From Waterburya sp. (lineage in GTDB: Bacteria; Cyanobacteriota; Cyanobacteriia; Cyanobacteriales; Xenococcaceae): DNA of 64,000 bases. The notes beneath the pieces were generated by a model that saw only the letters and a list, made by a program, of their open reading frames with translations, was not told where the DNA came from and ran no database searches. Position 1 is the first letter of the stretch, and the number at the start of each line of letters is the position of its first letter. The stretch is taken from the NCBI GenBank assembly GCA_965217895.1, contig CBDCJV010000002.1, positions 4,384,001-4,448,000 on the forward strand, in the 5' to 3' direction. The position numbers were made by a program, and so were the translations under genes. This document shows positions 54,513 through 64,000 of the stretch, one piece after another.

Positions 54513-55298
54513 ATGAATAAAAATCAATTAAAGGCAATTGTTATTTTTGATATTGACGGTGTAATTCGAGATGTCGGTAATTCTTATCGAAAAGCGATTG
54601 CCGATACCGTAGAAGAGTTTACTGATGGGGGTTGGCGACCAACGATGGAAGACTTGGACAACTTAAAATCAGAGGGATTTTGGAATAATGATTGGGAAGC
54701 ATCTCAAGAATTAACCTATCGTTATTTTGAAGCAATAGACAAAACCCGCCAAGAAGTTCAGTTAGACTATAATCACCTAGTTGAATTTTTCCAATCTCGT
54801 TATCGGGGTAACAATCCAGAAGTTTTCGATGGCTACATTGCTCACGAACCTTTACTCGCATCCCAAAGATATTTGCAACAGTTAAGCGACAGGCAAATTG
54901 GCTGGGGCTTTTTCAGCGGTGCGACTAGAGGTTCGGCAGAATATATTTTAAAACAGCGATTAAAGCTAGATAATCCAATTTTGGTAGCAATGGAAGACGC
55001 GCCAAGTAAACCCGATCCCACAGGGATGTTTGATGCTATATCTCAAGTAGAAACAAATCCCAGCACTGTTCCTGTATTTTATTTAGGTGACACGGTAGCT
55101 GATATGTACACCGTAGCGAAAGCTAGAGAGATTGCCCCAGAACGCAAATGGATTGGAGTAGGAATTCTTCCGCCTCATGTGCAAACTGCCGACAGACAAG
55201 CTGATTATGCCCAAAAATTAATGGCAGCAGGTGCGGAAATTGTCTTAAGTAACGTTGAAAAATTAACGCTACAAATGATTGAAGATTTGAGTAATTAA
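54513..55298 (+). CDS. HAD-family hydrolase (TIGR01548-like)
   Basis: FDIDGV, SKPDP, YLGDTVADM. Confidence 0.88.
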   Translation: MNKNQLKAIVIFDIDGVIRDVGNSYRKAIADTVEEFTDGGWRPTMEDLDNLKSEGFWNNDWEASQELTYRYFEAIDKTRQEVQLDYNHLVEFFQSRYRGNNPEVFDGYIAHEPLLASQRYLQQLSDRQIGWGFFSGATRGSAEYILKQRLKLDNPILVAMEDAPSKPDPTGMFDAISQVETNPSTVPVFYLGDTVADMYTVAKAREIAPERKWIGVGILPPHVQTADRQADYAQKLMAAGAEIVLSNVEKLTLQMIEDLSN

Positions 55299-55506
55299 AA
55301 TCTTAGCTGTGTGAGGCGATAATTGCCTAGAGATAGTTGATAATTTCTTTGAGTATCTAAAGATGCCTAAAGTGTGACTATGATATATTGATTAAGATTC
55401 GTAAAATATATATAAATTGTAAACCAATCCTGCTTAACATTTGAGGAGATAAAAAATATGACTACAGAATCCCCTAATTTCTAAGTAAATAAAAACCCCA
55501 CAGGAA

Positions 55507-55908
55507 TTAATTAGGTGTTATTCGGTCAATAATTTTGCCAGTTGCCGAAATTTCTGATTGAATATCACCTATATTCTGAGTTTCTGGTAATTTGTTTATC
55601 CCTTCAATGGCGTTTTGTAACTTGCCATAACCATCAACGCCCTTGAGGCTTTCCTCATACACCTGATGTAGTTGAGCATAAGCCTCATCTTTTTGTCTAA
55701 TAATTTCAGCTTGAGATTCTAATTTGGCTGCTACTTCAGACAGCTTGGTTGCACTGCTACCAATAACAAGCTGCGTATTAGCTACTTTTAAGCCAACTTC
55801 AGGAGCGCGTGCAACCCGTATACCCAAACAGACAATAAAAATAAAAGCACCCCCAGAAAGCAAATTTAGCGAAAGTGGAGGCAGTCGAGAAAAACCTTTA
55901 GTAATCAT
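55507..55908 (-). CDS. TM + coiled-coil protein, possible phage lysis accessory (spanin-like)
   Basis: ATGA overlap with the lysozyme stop codon; single N-terminal TM. Confidence 0.5.
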   Translation of the reverse strand: MITKGFSRLPPLSLNLLSGGAFIFIVCLGIRVARAPEVGLKVANTQLVIGSSATKLSEVAAKLESQAEIIRQKDEAYAQLHQVYEESLKGVDGYGKLQNAIEGINKLPETQNIGDIQSEISATGKIIDRITPN

Positions 55909-56457
55909 TCTTTGGTAAATAAATTGTATTCATCTTTTCGGCGACTAACTAAACCAGGTAACTTTTGCCCACCGCCTCTTACCCAACGAGAAAACTGTCT
56001 AGCAGCGTCTTGATAATCACCTGTATTTAAAATCTGCAGTAAACTAGATTTGCTAAATGCACCTATACCAACGTTGAAAGTAAAGCTCACCAAAGCGTCA
56101 AATTCATTTTGATTTAGAGGTACTTGTACTAAACGTTCGATAGCCTCTTCATAGATTAAAAGATCTTCAAGCAGTAACTCTTCAGCTTTTTGATGGCTAA
56201 TCATCATTCCTTGCCTTACGTTTTTTGTATGACCATAACCAATAGTCCAGACACCAGCAGGACAAAGATAAGCATTGGTTCTTAAGCCTTCCCAACGTTT
56301 AATTAAATTAATTCCTGTCTGCGATAGTTTTTTTTTAACTTGAGATTCCCCTAAACCTATCATCCAAGTTATATATGGTCTTGCTCCTTCAGGTCGAGGC
56401 AGTAAATTTAATACCAGTCTGGCTTGCTGGTCAATTAAATAGTCAACTGGTAAATAG
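55905..56457 (-). pseudogene. GH24 phage-type lysozyme, 5' end cut by the IS
   Basis: LIKRWEG...CPAGVWTIGYGHT, FDALVSFTFNVG, GLVSRR. Sequence above 56457 is IS DNA. Confidence 0.85.
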
Positions 56458-56585
56458 CTGGTTGACTGACAAAAGATGAAGAGAAAAACCTGAGAATAGA
56501 GATTCAGTAAAGAGTTGAGGGATTGACACAAAGCAAGGGGAGTCAGCACTCTGAGATTAGATACCACTGATAATTTCAGAATACT

Positions 56586-57885
56586 GTGAATCAAAACTCC
56601 CGTCTCTACAATGCCTTGAATCAATGGATGAGTCAACCTACTGACTGGTTACATTTATGTCATTTTAAAACTTGTATTTGGATGATAATTGCTTTAATAC
56701 ACACGGGCAATGTCAACCTGACAAAATGGTCGATGTACATCCCTTGTCGAGGGAAGTTTGCTCAAAGTAGACAGAGACGTATTCAGCGTTGGCTAAACAA
56801 TCCTCGAATCAATGTCCATCGAATTTACAAGTCCTTGGTCAAAGCAGCACTTTCTGATTGGTCAGAATCAAAAATATTTTTGGCATTAGACACTTCACTG
56901 TTCTGGGATGAGTATTGCCTTGTGCGGCTTTCAGTTATTCATCGAGGGAGAGCTTTACCGTTGGTGTGGAGAGTGATGAACCATGAAAGTGCTAGTATTT
57001 CAGTTACCGATTATCGAGAGATGATTAAGCAGGCACAAGTTAGGCTACCAGAATCAGTCAAGGTAATTTTACTCGCGGATCGAGGATTTATACATACCGA
57101 ATTGATGACCATGCTGACAACTCAACTAGGATAGCATTATCGTATCCGAATTAAGAGTAATACCTGGATTTGGCGCGGAAGTTGGTGTCAACCTAAAAAC
57201 TTTCACTTTCATTTAAAAGAGGCAATTTGCTTACACAACGTACAGATTCACAAAGGTGAATTTTATGGCAAAGTTCATGTGATTCTTGGTCGCAACAACG
57301 TTAACGGCGAACTATGGGCAATTGTCAGTAATGAAAAAACTACTCTACAAAGCTTTGCTGAATATGGATTACGTTTTGATGGGGCGACCCCCTAAAGGGT
57401 TCAACAGTTTGCTCAACGGGTCATAGACCCGCAATGCAACTGTCTCACCGCGTCGGCGTAAGACGCAAGACAAAGGCTTTAGCCGCATGTACGCGCCCCA
57501 TGTTGATATCGAAGAGAATTTTTTAGATGACCAATCTGGTGGTTGAAATGTTCAACGCTCGATGATTCGAGATGTATGCGCTTTGTCCCGTTTGTGGTTT
57601 ATCCTATCTGTGGCTACTCTCTACGTTAGTGCGCAAGGTGTTGAGGTACTTCGTATTGGCAAACGAAGATGGGTTGATACTCATTGGTTTCGTGGTAATA
57701 GCTATTTGAGGATTGGTTGGGATTGGGTCAAAGCCGCACTCATTAATGGTTGGAATTTACTTCATTGCGTGACTTTCTCTAGTAATCAAGATCCCTCACC
57801 TGCAATGGCATCACGATCGCAATATCAAAAACGAGCATATCAGTTGGAGTTCAAAGTTTTAACTTATTCCTACAATATTTCTTGA
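56586..57885 (+). pseudogene. IS4-family DDE transposase pseudogene
   Basis: ALDTS, LADRGF, YGLRFD/IEENF (YREK-like). Stops at 57132 (TAG) and 57544 (TGA), plus a 127-bp insertion. Confidence 0.88.
57381..57507. mobile_element. Miniature element inserted in the transposase
   Basis: Removing it restores ...CGT TTT GAT ATC GAA GAG. ATGGGGCG/CGCCCCAT inverted ends; TTGAT duplicated. Confidence 0.85.
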
Positions 57886-57906
57886 AAGTTTTGTCAGTCA
57901 ATCAGG

Positions 57907-58080
57907 GAAACTACACCTATTAATGATGAGTTACTAAATAGCAATCTTATCCAACCCGAATTAGACGTTAGCAGCGTACCCGAGGAGGCAACTAATTTTT
58001 CTAGTATACTTCCTGCTAACGCGGATGTAGCAAACGTACTTGTTGATGCAGTACCCTATATGTCTTCAGATCGCCCGTAG
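57907..58080 (+). pseudogene. Orphan fragment homologous to the N-terminal domain of the 59592 RTX protein
   Basis: PINDELLNSNLIQPEL...VDAVPYM compared with PQNDKLLDSKLIRPEL...VDAVRYM. Confidence 0.75.
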
Positions 58081-58298
58081 GGTGGGCAAATTAATAATTT
58101 AGATATTTACTTAATTTTAAATTGTTGCCCACCAGAATAATATTTTATTTATTAATACAAACAATCGCTTTTATCCATCCTTTATTTAAATTGCGATCGC
58201 CTTTGTATGAAGATGATCGATAGGTACGATCGCCTTACCGTAGGGTGGGCAAAAAATCAATAATTAGCATGATTTATAATGACTTTAATTTGCCCACC
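58077..58298. repeat. Two REP-like elements, GTAGGGTGGGCAAA...TTGCCCACC
   Basis: 58077-58133 and 58240-58298, each flanked by HIP1 or HIP1-like sites. Confidence 0.8.
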
Positions 58299-58672
58299 AA
58301 ATAAAAAAATTTTCTGCAATTCTAATCGCTTTTTAAAATTATAATTTATCGATAAATTTTCTCTAGTTGCGATCGCCATAAAAATCTAATCATCTTTTTT
58401 GAGTTCTAATTCTAGAAATAAAAACCACCATGAATTAATTTGAATTAGATAAATGTAATTTAGCTTACAGTGATTTTGACTAATAAATATTTCCCCTGTC
58501 GGTAATTACTTAAACATTCAATTATTTTTTAATCAAAAATACCTAAAGTATTGAAATTAAGTAAAACAAATTACATCATTTAAAAATAAAAGCTAGCTAA
58601 ATATAACTATTGACATTGCCCCCCCCTTTAATGTTATCAATGATACAAGATGTGATTTGAAACATTATTTCT

Positions 58673-58688
58673 CGTGATTCAGATCACA
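58673..58688. promoter_or_regulatory. CRP-type binding site upstream of the 58933/59592 gene pair
   Basis: CGTGA-TTCAGA-TCACA, one mismatch to TGTGA-N6-TCACA. Confidence 0.55.
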
Positions 58689-58932
58689 ACCTACTATTAA
58701 TTAACAGTTCGATAAGTATTTAAATTATTTGTAAGTTGATCTTTTGGCAAAACTTTTTCTAAACTCTAGCTTACTAAATATCACCATTACTTTTGAATAA
58801 CAACTATATTTTTTTAGTAGAAATAGAAATACATTTTTGCTACTTAATTAAGTGATTCATTATGATTTTTTTACGCTCAAAAATATTCGATCTTGATACT
58901 CTTATAGATAGTCCTTAATTTCTCAAGATAAA

Positions 58933-59520
58933 ATGAATAATTTGACTAAGTTTTTTCTGTGTATCTTTAGTTCTATCTTATTACTATTACTAACCATTTC
59001 TTTAGTAGAAATTAGAACCAATATCGCCTTAAATGATTACTCAATGTTCCCTTCGGGGGTCAAAGTAGTTGATAAAGCAATCTTAGGTAGAAGAGAAAGA
59101 ACTTTAGCTAATGGATTGATGAGTGCATATTATGATGAGCTTCAGGACGGAATTTTAAGGGCATTTCGTCGTAATGCAATAGAGCTTGTTTGTACTAATC
59201 AAGGTAATGTTTTGCTGAGTCTAAAAATATTAAATTATAGAGGGATTATTATAAATGATAAACCTATTCTTCAAATTGATGATGATAGTTTGAGAGGAGG
59301 TAAAGTTCCAATCAAAAACATAACCTATTTAGGTAATAGATATTTCCATACTATAGTTAGCGATCCACTTTCCAAAAGAGAAAAGACTTTAATTATAAGA
59401 GCTTTAGAACAAAGCAACTTCACTACCATCAGCTTTTATGCAATGGATGGCAGTAATTTGTTTACTAATGATGCCAAAGTTTCTGAAGTCAAACAACTAA
59501 TCAATAATTGTCAACCATAA
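58933..59520 (+). CDS. Hypothetical protein with N-terminal signal/TM anchor
   Basis: Hydrophobic residues 7-25; no recognisable family; ends 71 bp before the RTX gene. Confidence 0.75.
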   Translation: MNNLTKFFLCIFSSILLLLLTISLVEIRTNIALNDYSMFPSGVKVVDKAILGRRERTLANGLMSAYYDELQDGILRAFRRNAIELVCTNQGNVLLSLKILNYRGIIINDKPILQIDDDSLRGGKVPIKNITYLGNRYFHTIVSDPLSKREKTLIIRALEQSNFTTISFYAMDGSNLFTNDAKVSEVKQLINNCQP

Positions 59521-59591
59521 ACCATAAATAGCAACAATCATTAAATTGCTCTTGCTATTTATTTCAACTTAAGTATTTTGGAGTATTAACA

Positions 59592-62500
59592 ATGAATAAA
59601 GTTATCTATAATTTTCCACTAGATCCCAATAGTAATTCAGAATCCGAATTAATTACTGCACTATATCTATACGGAGAAAATGTACAAATTGATGCGAATG
59701 GAAAACCAGTTGTTCCTCAAAATGACAAACTGTTAGATAGTAAATTAATTCGACCAGAACTCATTGTTCCTGGAGATGCTACAAATCAGACTCAACTCAA
59801 TATTCCTTTCATTGAAGCCGATGTCGATGCCGTACGATACATGAATATCGGTCCTGGACAATATGCTAATGGAAGTCAGTTTGACTTAGTAAAAGCATTT
59901 TTTGGAGAGGGTAAGTCAGAAATGACTTCAAAAAATGGGAAAGATAATTTTAACCCAAATTACAACGATTCTACATATTTCGATCAAAACAAGAATCTTA
60001 AACCTGGTACTTATACTAGACTGGAATTAGATAAAATATTCTTTCAAGACAAGCTGAAAGACTATAGTACAAATCTGGAATTACGTAACTATAATAAAAT
60101 TGACAACTACGGTGAAACAGTCTACGTTTGGAATTCACAACAATTTTCATTACCAGAAGACGTACTATTTGTCGTCAATAACGATGAAACAAAAGAAATC
60201 CAGAACTTTCGTATTGAACCGAATAAAAGACCACAACTTAACTTCAAAGAAAATTTTGACTTTGAAACCGCCAATTTGGGGGTTGGAATATTAAGTGGAT
60301 TAATATTAGAACCTCGTGTCGATCCTTCAAAAATTGGTCGTACAGTATACTTCGAGTTTGATAACAGAGCCAATCTTCCTTTTCGTGTGTATAACCAGAC
60401 AAATTTTAATAGCGACGTTGCCAGAGAGAACTCGCTCAAAGGTTTTGACCCTTTTAAACTCAATGACGCAATGCTAGAACAAGCTGGAAAATTATTCGAT
60501 GCAGGAATCACTAAGTTTCTCTATCAAGACAAACCAGTTGTTTATGGAACGGATAATCAAGACATTTTAGCTCCAATTGGAATAAATAGCTTAACTTTTC
60601 CATATCAATCAGAGTATAAAAGCAACGGTTATGTTTTGATTGGCGGAAAGGATATAGATTATCTTCCTGGAGGTTTTAATGAAGACATTTTGATAGGAAA
60701 CGAAGGAGATGACGTAATTACAGGGGATGCTCCTGTCACAAGTATTATTGGTGGTAATGATACTCTTGATGGTGGCGAAGGTAATGATAATCTTAATGGA
60801 GGTGTTGGAGAAGATGTAGCAGTCTTCACAGATACTTATACCGATGAAAATGGTACTCCAAATTATGCGATTGTTACCGATACTGAAAATGAAATTACAA
60901 ACGTTAGACATATTGTAGGCATAAGCGACACGGGAATCGATGGGATTGATACCCTCAAAAACGTCGAGTGGGGTTCATTCAAAGGTGAATTAGTAGATTT
61001 AAGCAATCTAGCATCCACCCGTTCAAGCGGAAAAGACGCATCAGGAAACCAAACAATTGCCGCCGTCTCAGCCGATTCAGGCGAAGCCACACCTCCACCT
61101 CGCATCATCCCCCTACCCCTAGAAGACGGAGAAGAAGACACAGAATCAGAACAATCGATAGACACTACAGCCAATCCCAACCCCAACGACCCACCCACAC
61201 CACCCCACGTATCCCTAACTGCACCAGTAGCAATGTTGGATGGAGATGTAGAATATACCCTCAACATTTCCCCCTATAAACCAGATACCCAATACAACAT
61301 CTCTTACATCTTCGACACCTCCGCTAGTATGGATGCAGTCGAACTACAGCAAGCCAAAGACGCTTATACAGATCTAACCAACTACTTTATTGATAATGAA
61401 GTAGCAGAAAACATCAACTTTAGCGTAGTGCAGTTTAGTCGTAACGCCATACCTTACTTTAACTTAACTGCCGACCAAGCCATATCCACTATCCAAAGTT
61501 TAACCACTGCCCCCGCATCAGAAGGAACAAAATACAACGATGCTCTTTATCAAGGATTCAACTTTTTAACACAATCCCCAAAAGATGCCCGAAATACAAC
61601 TAACATTGCCTATTTTGTATCCGATGGAAGATCTCAAACTAACTTTTCTGACCCCAATGATCTTTCTTATGTTTATGATGCTCAAACCCTACGAAGATTT
61701 TCTAACGTGCAAGCATTTGGTATTGATGATGGGACAAATTCAGCAGGAGGAGTAACCCAAAGTCAACTAAACTTTGTCGATTCTAATAATGGTCTGATTG
61801 TAGGTGATGCTTCTAACTTGTCAGCCGAATTAAACAAGTCAGGATTAGCAGGAAATGTAGATCATGTCGATATCCTAGTAGATGGTCAGGTAGTAGAAAC
61901 AGTTCAACCCGAACAATTAACCGATAGTCCTCTGGGATTAACTTATGAAGGCTCAGTCGAAGATTTAGATGTCAGCATTGATGCAGAGAATATAGTTACC
62001 GCCGAGGTGGTTTACACACCCGCAAGCAATCTTGCCACCACAGACGTAGACTTTACCGTTACCGCAGGAGAAGGTAAGCTAACCGACAGTAATGGTAATC
62101 CGATTGACGAGTCGGCAAATACTAGTGGAGATGAAGATCCTTTTGCCAGAATACGTAATGGTGGAGATGGCAATGATGATATTACCCTGGGTTATGTAGA
62201 TAAAGGTGCAAGCGGTGGAGATGGTGGCGATTACATAGTCGGCAACAAGCGAGATAACATCCTCGACGGTGGTGCAGGGAACGATACTATTTATGGGCAT
62301 GGTGGAGACGATACAATTACCACTGGTGCAGGTCGCGACAAGGTAGATGGTGGCGCAGGAATTGATACAGTAGTTTACGATGATGTCGCCTATCAAGGAA
62401 ACAACAGTATTTTTCTGCGCCAAGCTGGCAACACGGTTAGCTACAACAGCACTAATTCCCTGAGCAATATCGAATTTATCCAGTTTGATGATGTCAGAAT

Positions 62501-63794
62501 CAGTACCCAGACATTAGAAATCACTCCAGTAATGGAAATTGAAATTGATGAAGTTCAGGTAAGAGAAGGAAGCACCGCTACCTTCAACTTTAAATTAGAT
62601 ATGCCAGCACCAGTAGATGTACAGTTCAATTACAGTACCGAAGATTTAGATGCTCTGGCTGGATCTGATTATGTTACTACATCAGGACAAATAACTATCC
62701 CCGCAGGAGAAACTACCGCTACGATTGATGTTGAAACTATTGATGATACTGTCTACAACGAGCTAACAGAAACATTTGCTTTAAATCTATCAGGGTTATC
62801 TGGAGCTACCTTTAGCGATAACAAAACAGAATTTGGATTAGTTGCCTATATCGAAAATAAAGATGAAGCCTTGGTTCTCAATGGCGGAACAGATGATGAT
62901 ATTTTAACTGGAGGAAAGGGCGACGATATCTTATTTGGCTATGCAGGTAATGATACTCTCAACGGTGGAGCGGGTACTGACCGCCTTTATGTAGCAGTAG
63001 ATAGTGATATTACCCTGAATAACACCACAGTAACTGGCGATGGCACTGATACCTTTAGCAACATTGAACTGGCTAATCTCTACGGCTATGCAGGCAATAA
63101 TTTCATTGATGCTAGGGGTGCAACTCAAGTCGAAACGGTTATTAAAGGTGGTGCTGGCAACGATACCCTCAGAGGCGGTGCAGGAAATGACACGATTTTC
63201 GGCGAGAATGATAATGATGTTTTATTTGGTGAAGCAGGTAATGATACTCTCAACGGTGGAGCGGGTACTGACCGTCTTTATGTTGTTAGCGATAATAATA
63301 TTGTCCTAAATGACAACACGGTAACTGGCGATGGCACTGATACCTTTAGCAACATTGAACTGGCTAATCTCTATGGTCGTGATGGAAATAATTTCATTGA
63401 TGCTAGAGGTGCAACTCAAGTCAAAACGGTTATTAAAGGTGGTGATGGCAACGATACCCTCAGAGGTGGTGCAGGAAATGACACGACCGAGGGTGGTAAT
63501 GGTAATGATATCTTATTTGGTGGAGCAGGTGATGATACCTTAAGCGGTAACGGTGGCGCAGATGTTTTTGCTCTTGAATCGGTAGTAGGTAGAGATGTAA
63601 TTAATGATTTTGATAATGGAGTAGATTTATTTAATTTGACTGGTTCATTAAGCTTTAGCGACTTGAATATCTTTAGTAATGCAGCAGGCACAGCAGTGAT
63701 AATTAGAGATATTAGCAATGACAATCAACTCTTGGCAATTATTAATGATGTTAGGGCAGCAGATATTACGGCAGAGGATTTCACCGATATCTAA
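59592..63794 (+). CDS. RTX-type Ca-binding protein: unknown N-terminal domain + RTX + vWA + RTX + Calx-beta + RTX
   Basis: GGxGxD nonapeptides, MIDAS motif DTSAS..T..SDG, Calx-beta VREG..GSDY..ETF, T1SS-like C-terminus, no Sec signal. Confidence 0.9.
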   Translation: MNKVIYNFPLDPNSNSESELITALYLYGENVQIDANGKPVVPQNDKLLDSKLIRPELIVPGDATNQTQLNIPFIEADVDAVRYMNIGPGQYANGSQFDLVKAFFGEGKSEMTSKNGKDNFNPNYNDSTYFDQNKNLKPGTYTRLELDKIFFQDKLKDYSTNLELRNYNKIDNYGETVYVWNSQQFSLPEDVLFVVNNDETKEIQNFRIEPNKRPQLNFKENFDFETANLGVGILSGLILEPRVDPSKIGRTVYFEFDNRANLPFRVYNQTNFNSDVARENSLKGFDPFKLNDAMLEQAGKLFDAGITKFLYQDKPVVYGTDNQDILAPIGINSLTFPYQSEYKSNGYVLIGGKDIDYLPGGFNEDILIGNEGDDVITGDAPVTSIIGGNDTLDGGEGNDNLNGGVGEDVAVFTDTYTDENGTPNYAIVTDTENEITNVRHIVGISDTGIDGIDTLKNVEWGSFKGELVDLSNLASTRSSGKDASGNQTIAAVSADSGEATPPPRIIPLPLEDGEEDTESEQSIDTTANPNPNDPPTPPHVSLTAPVAMLDGDVEYTLNISPYKPDTQYNISYIFDTSASMDAVELQQAKDAYTDLTNYFIDNEVAENINFSVVQFSRNAIPYFNLTADQAISTIQSLTTAPASEGTKYNDALYQGFNFLTQSPKDARNTTNIAYFVSDGRSQTNFSDPNDLSYVYDAQTLRRFSNVQAFGIDDGTNSAGGVTQSQLNFVDSNNGLIVGDASNLSAELNKSGLAGNVDHVDILVDGQVVETVQPEQLTDSPLGLTYEGSVEDLDVSIDAENIVTAEVVYTPASNLATTDVDFTVTAGEGKLTDSNGNPIDESANTSGDEDPFARIRNGGDGNDDITLGYVDKGASGGDGGDYIVGNKRDNILDGGAGNDTIYGHGGDDTITTGAGRDKVDGGAGIDTVVYDDVAYQGNNSIFLRQAGNTVSYNSTNSLSNIEFIQFDDVRISTQTLEITPVMEIEIDEVQVREGSTATFNFKLDMPAPVDVQFNYSTEDLDALAGSDYVTTSGQITIPAGETTATIDVETIDDTVYNELTETFALNLSGLSGATFSDNKTEFGLVAYIENKDEALVLNGGTDDDILTGGKGDDILFGYAGNDTLNGGAGTDRLYVAVDSDITLNNTTVTGDGTDTFSNIELANLYGYAGNNFIDARGATQVETVIKGGAGNDTLRGGAGNDTIFGENDNDVLFGEAGNDTLNGGAGTDRLYVVSDNNIVLNDNTVTGDGTDTFSNIELANLYGRDGNNFIDARGATQVKTVIKGGDGNDTLRGGAGNDTTEGGNGNDILFGGAGDDTLSGNGGADVFALESVVGRDVINDFDNGVDLFNLTGSLSFSDLNIFSNAAGTAVIIRDISNDNQLLAIINDVRAADITAEDFTDI
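62943..63485. repeat. 291-bp (97-aa) tandem duplication within the RTX tail
   Basis: GCAGGTAATGATACTCTCAACGGTGGAGCGGGTACTGACCG at 62943 and 63234. Confidence 0.9.
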
Positions 63795-64000
63795 AGATGG
63801 CACGGCTGAATTGAAACATGAACCGTAATCTCAGAAAGAACAAGCTCAGAAAGACTACTTTAATGATGCTTGAAGACCCGTTCCTGAGCCTGATTATGGA
63901 TAGGAGTTAATGTCATTGGTGAATCATTTAATCCCTTCTATCCCAATTTATTTGATTTATGAATCGCCAAGGTAGCGATCGCCTGACCAATAAAAAAGCG

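Larger units (their letters stand above)
56458..57905 (+). mobile_element. Decayed IS4-family insertion sequence
   Basis: Terminal inverted repeats CTGGTTGACTGACAAAA / TTTTGTCAGTCAATCAG; no target duplication. Confidence 0.9.

Noticed and set aside
56458..56636. N-terminal 60 aa of the 243-aa lysozyme ORF
   Set aside because: It is read-through into the IS end, not real lysozyme sequence.
62943..63485. 291-bp repeat as a DGR or CRISPR
   Set aside because: An ordinary in-frame RTX block duplication; differences are not adenine-specific.

Overview
AT-rich cyanobacterial chromosomal window, identified by abundant HIP1 octamers (GCGATCGC) and by psaM, rpaB, ycf65 and atpD/atpC. A Pleurocapsales-like origin is only a guess. 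Positions 1-24.9 kb hold one minus-strand surface-polysaccharide locus: HpsJ-like gene, wzc, wzm/wzt, about 10 glycosyltransferases, 6 methyltransferases and a Wzy-like polymerase, with a fused MNT-HEPN toxin-antitoxin gene and a Uma2 gene between wzm and wzt. Positions 25-55 kb are mostly core genes (clpS, clpP, radA, rpaB, psaM, panC/cmk, purM, htpX, atpD, atpC, ycf65), plus an AAA-like/WD40 protein, a GAF-only DXCF cyanobacteriochrome candidate and a CBM2-like/GH9 glycanase. Positions 55.4-64 kb are an accessory island: a phage lysis remnant, a decayed IS4 carrying a nested mini-element, an orphan fragment homologous to the N-terminus of the downstream RTX protein, REP-like repeats, and a small membrane protein paired with a 1400-aa RTX/vWA/Calx-beta protein. 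That pair is the best candidate for an undescribed system (a type I-secreted protein with a variable N-terminus and a cognate partner). No CRISPR array, rRNA or tRNA was seen. All family calls come from motif recognition by eye; no searches were run.
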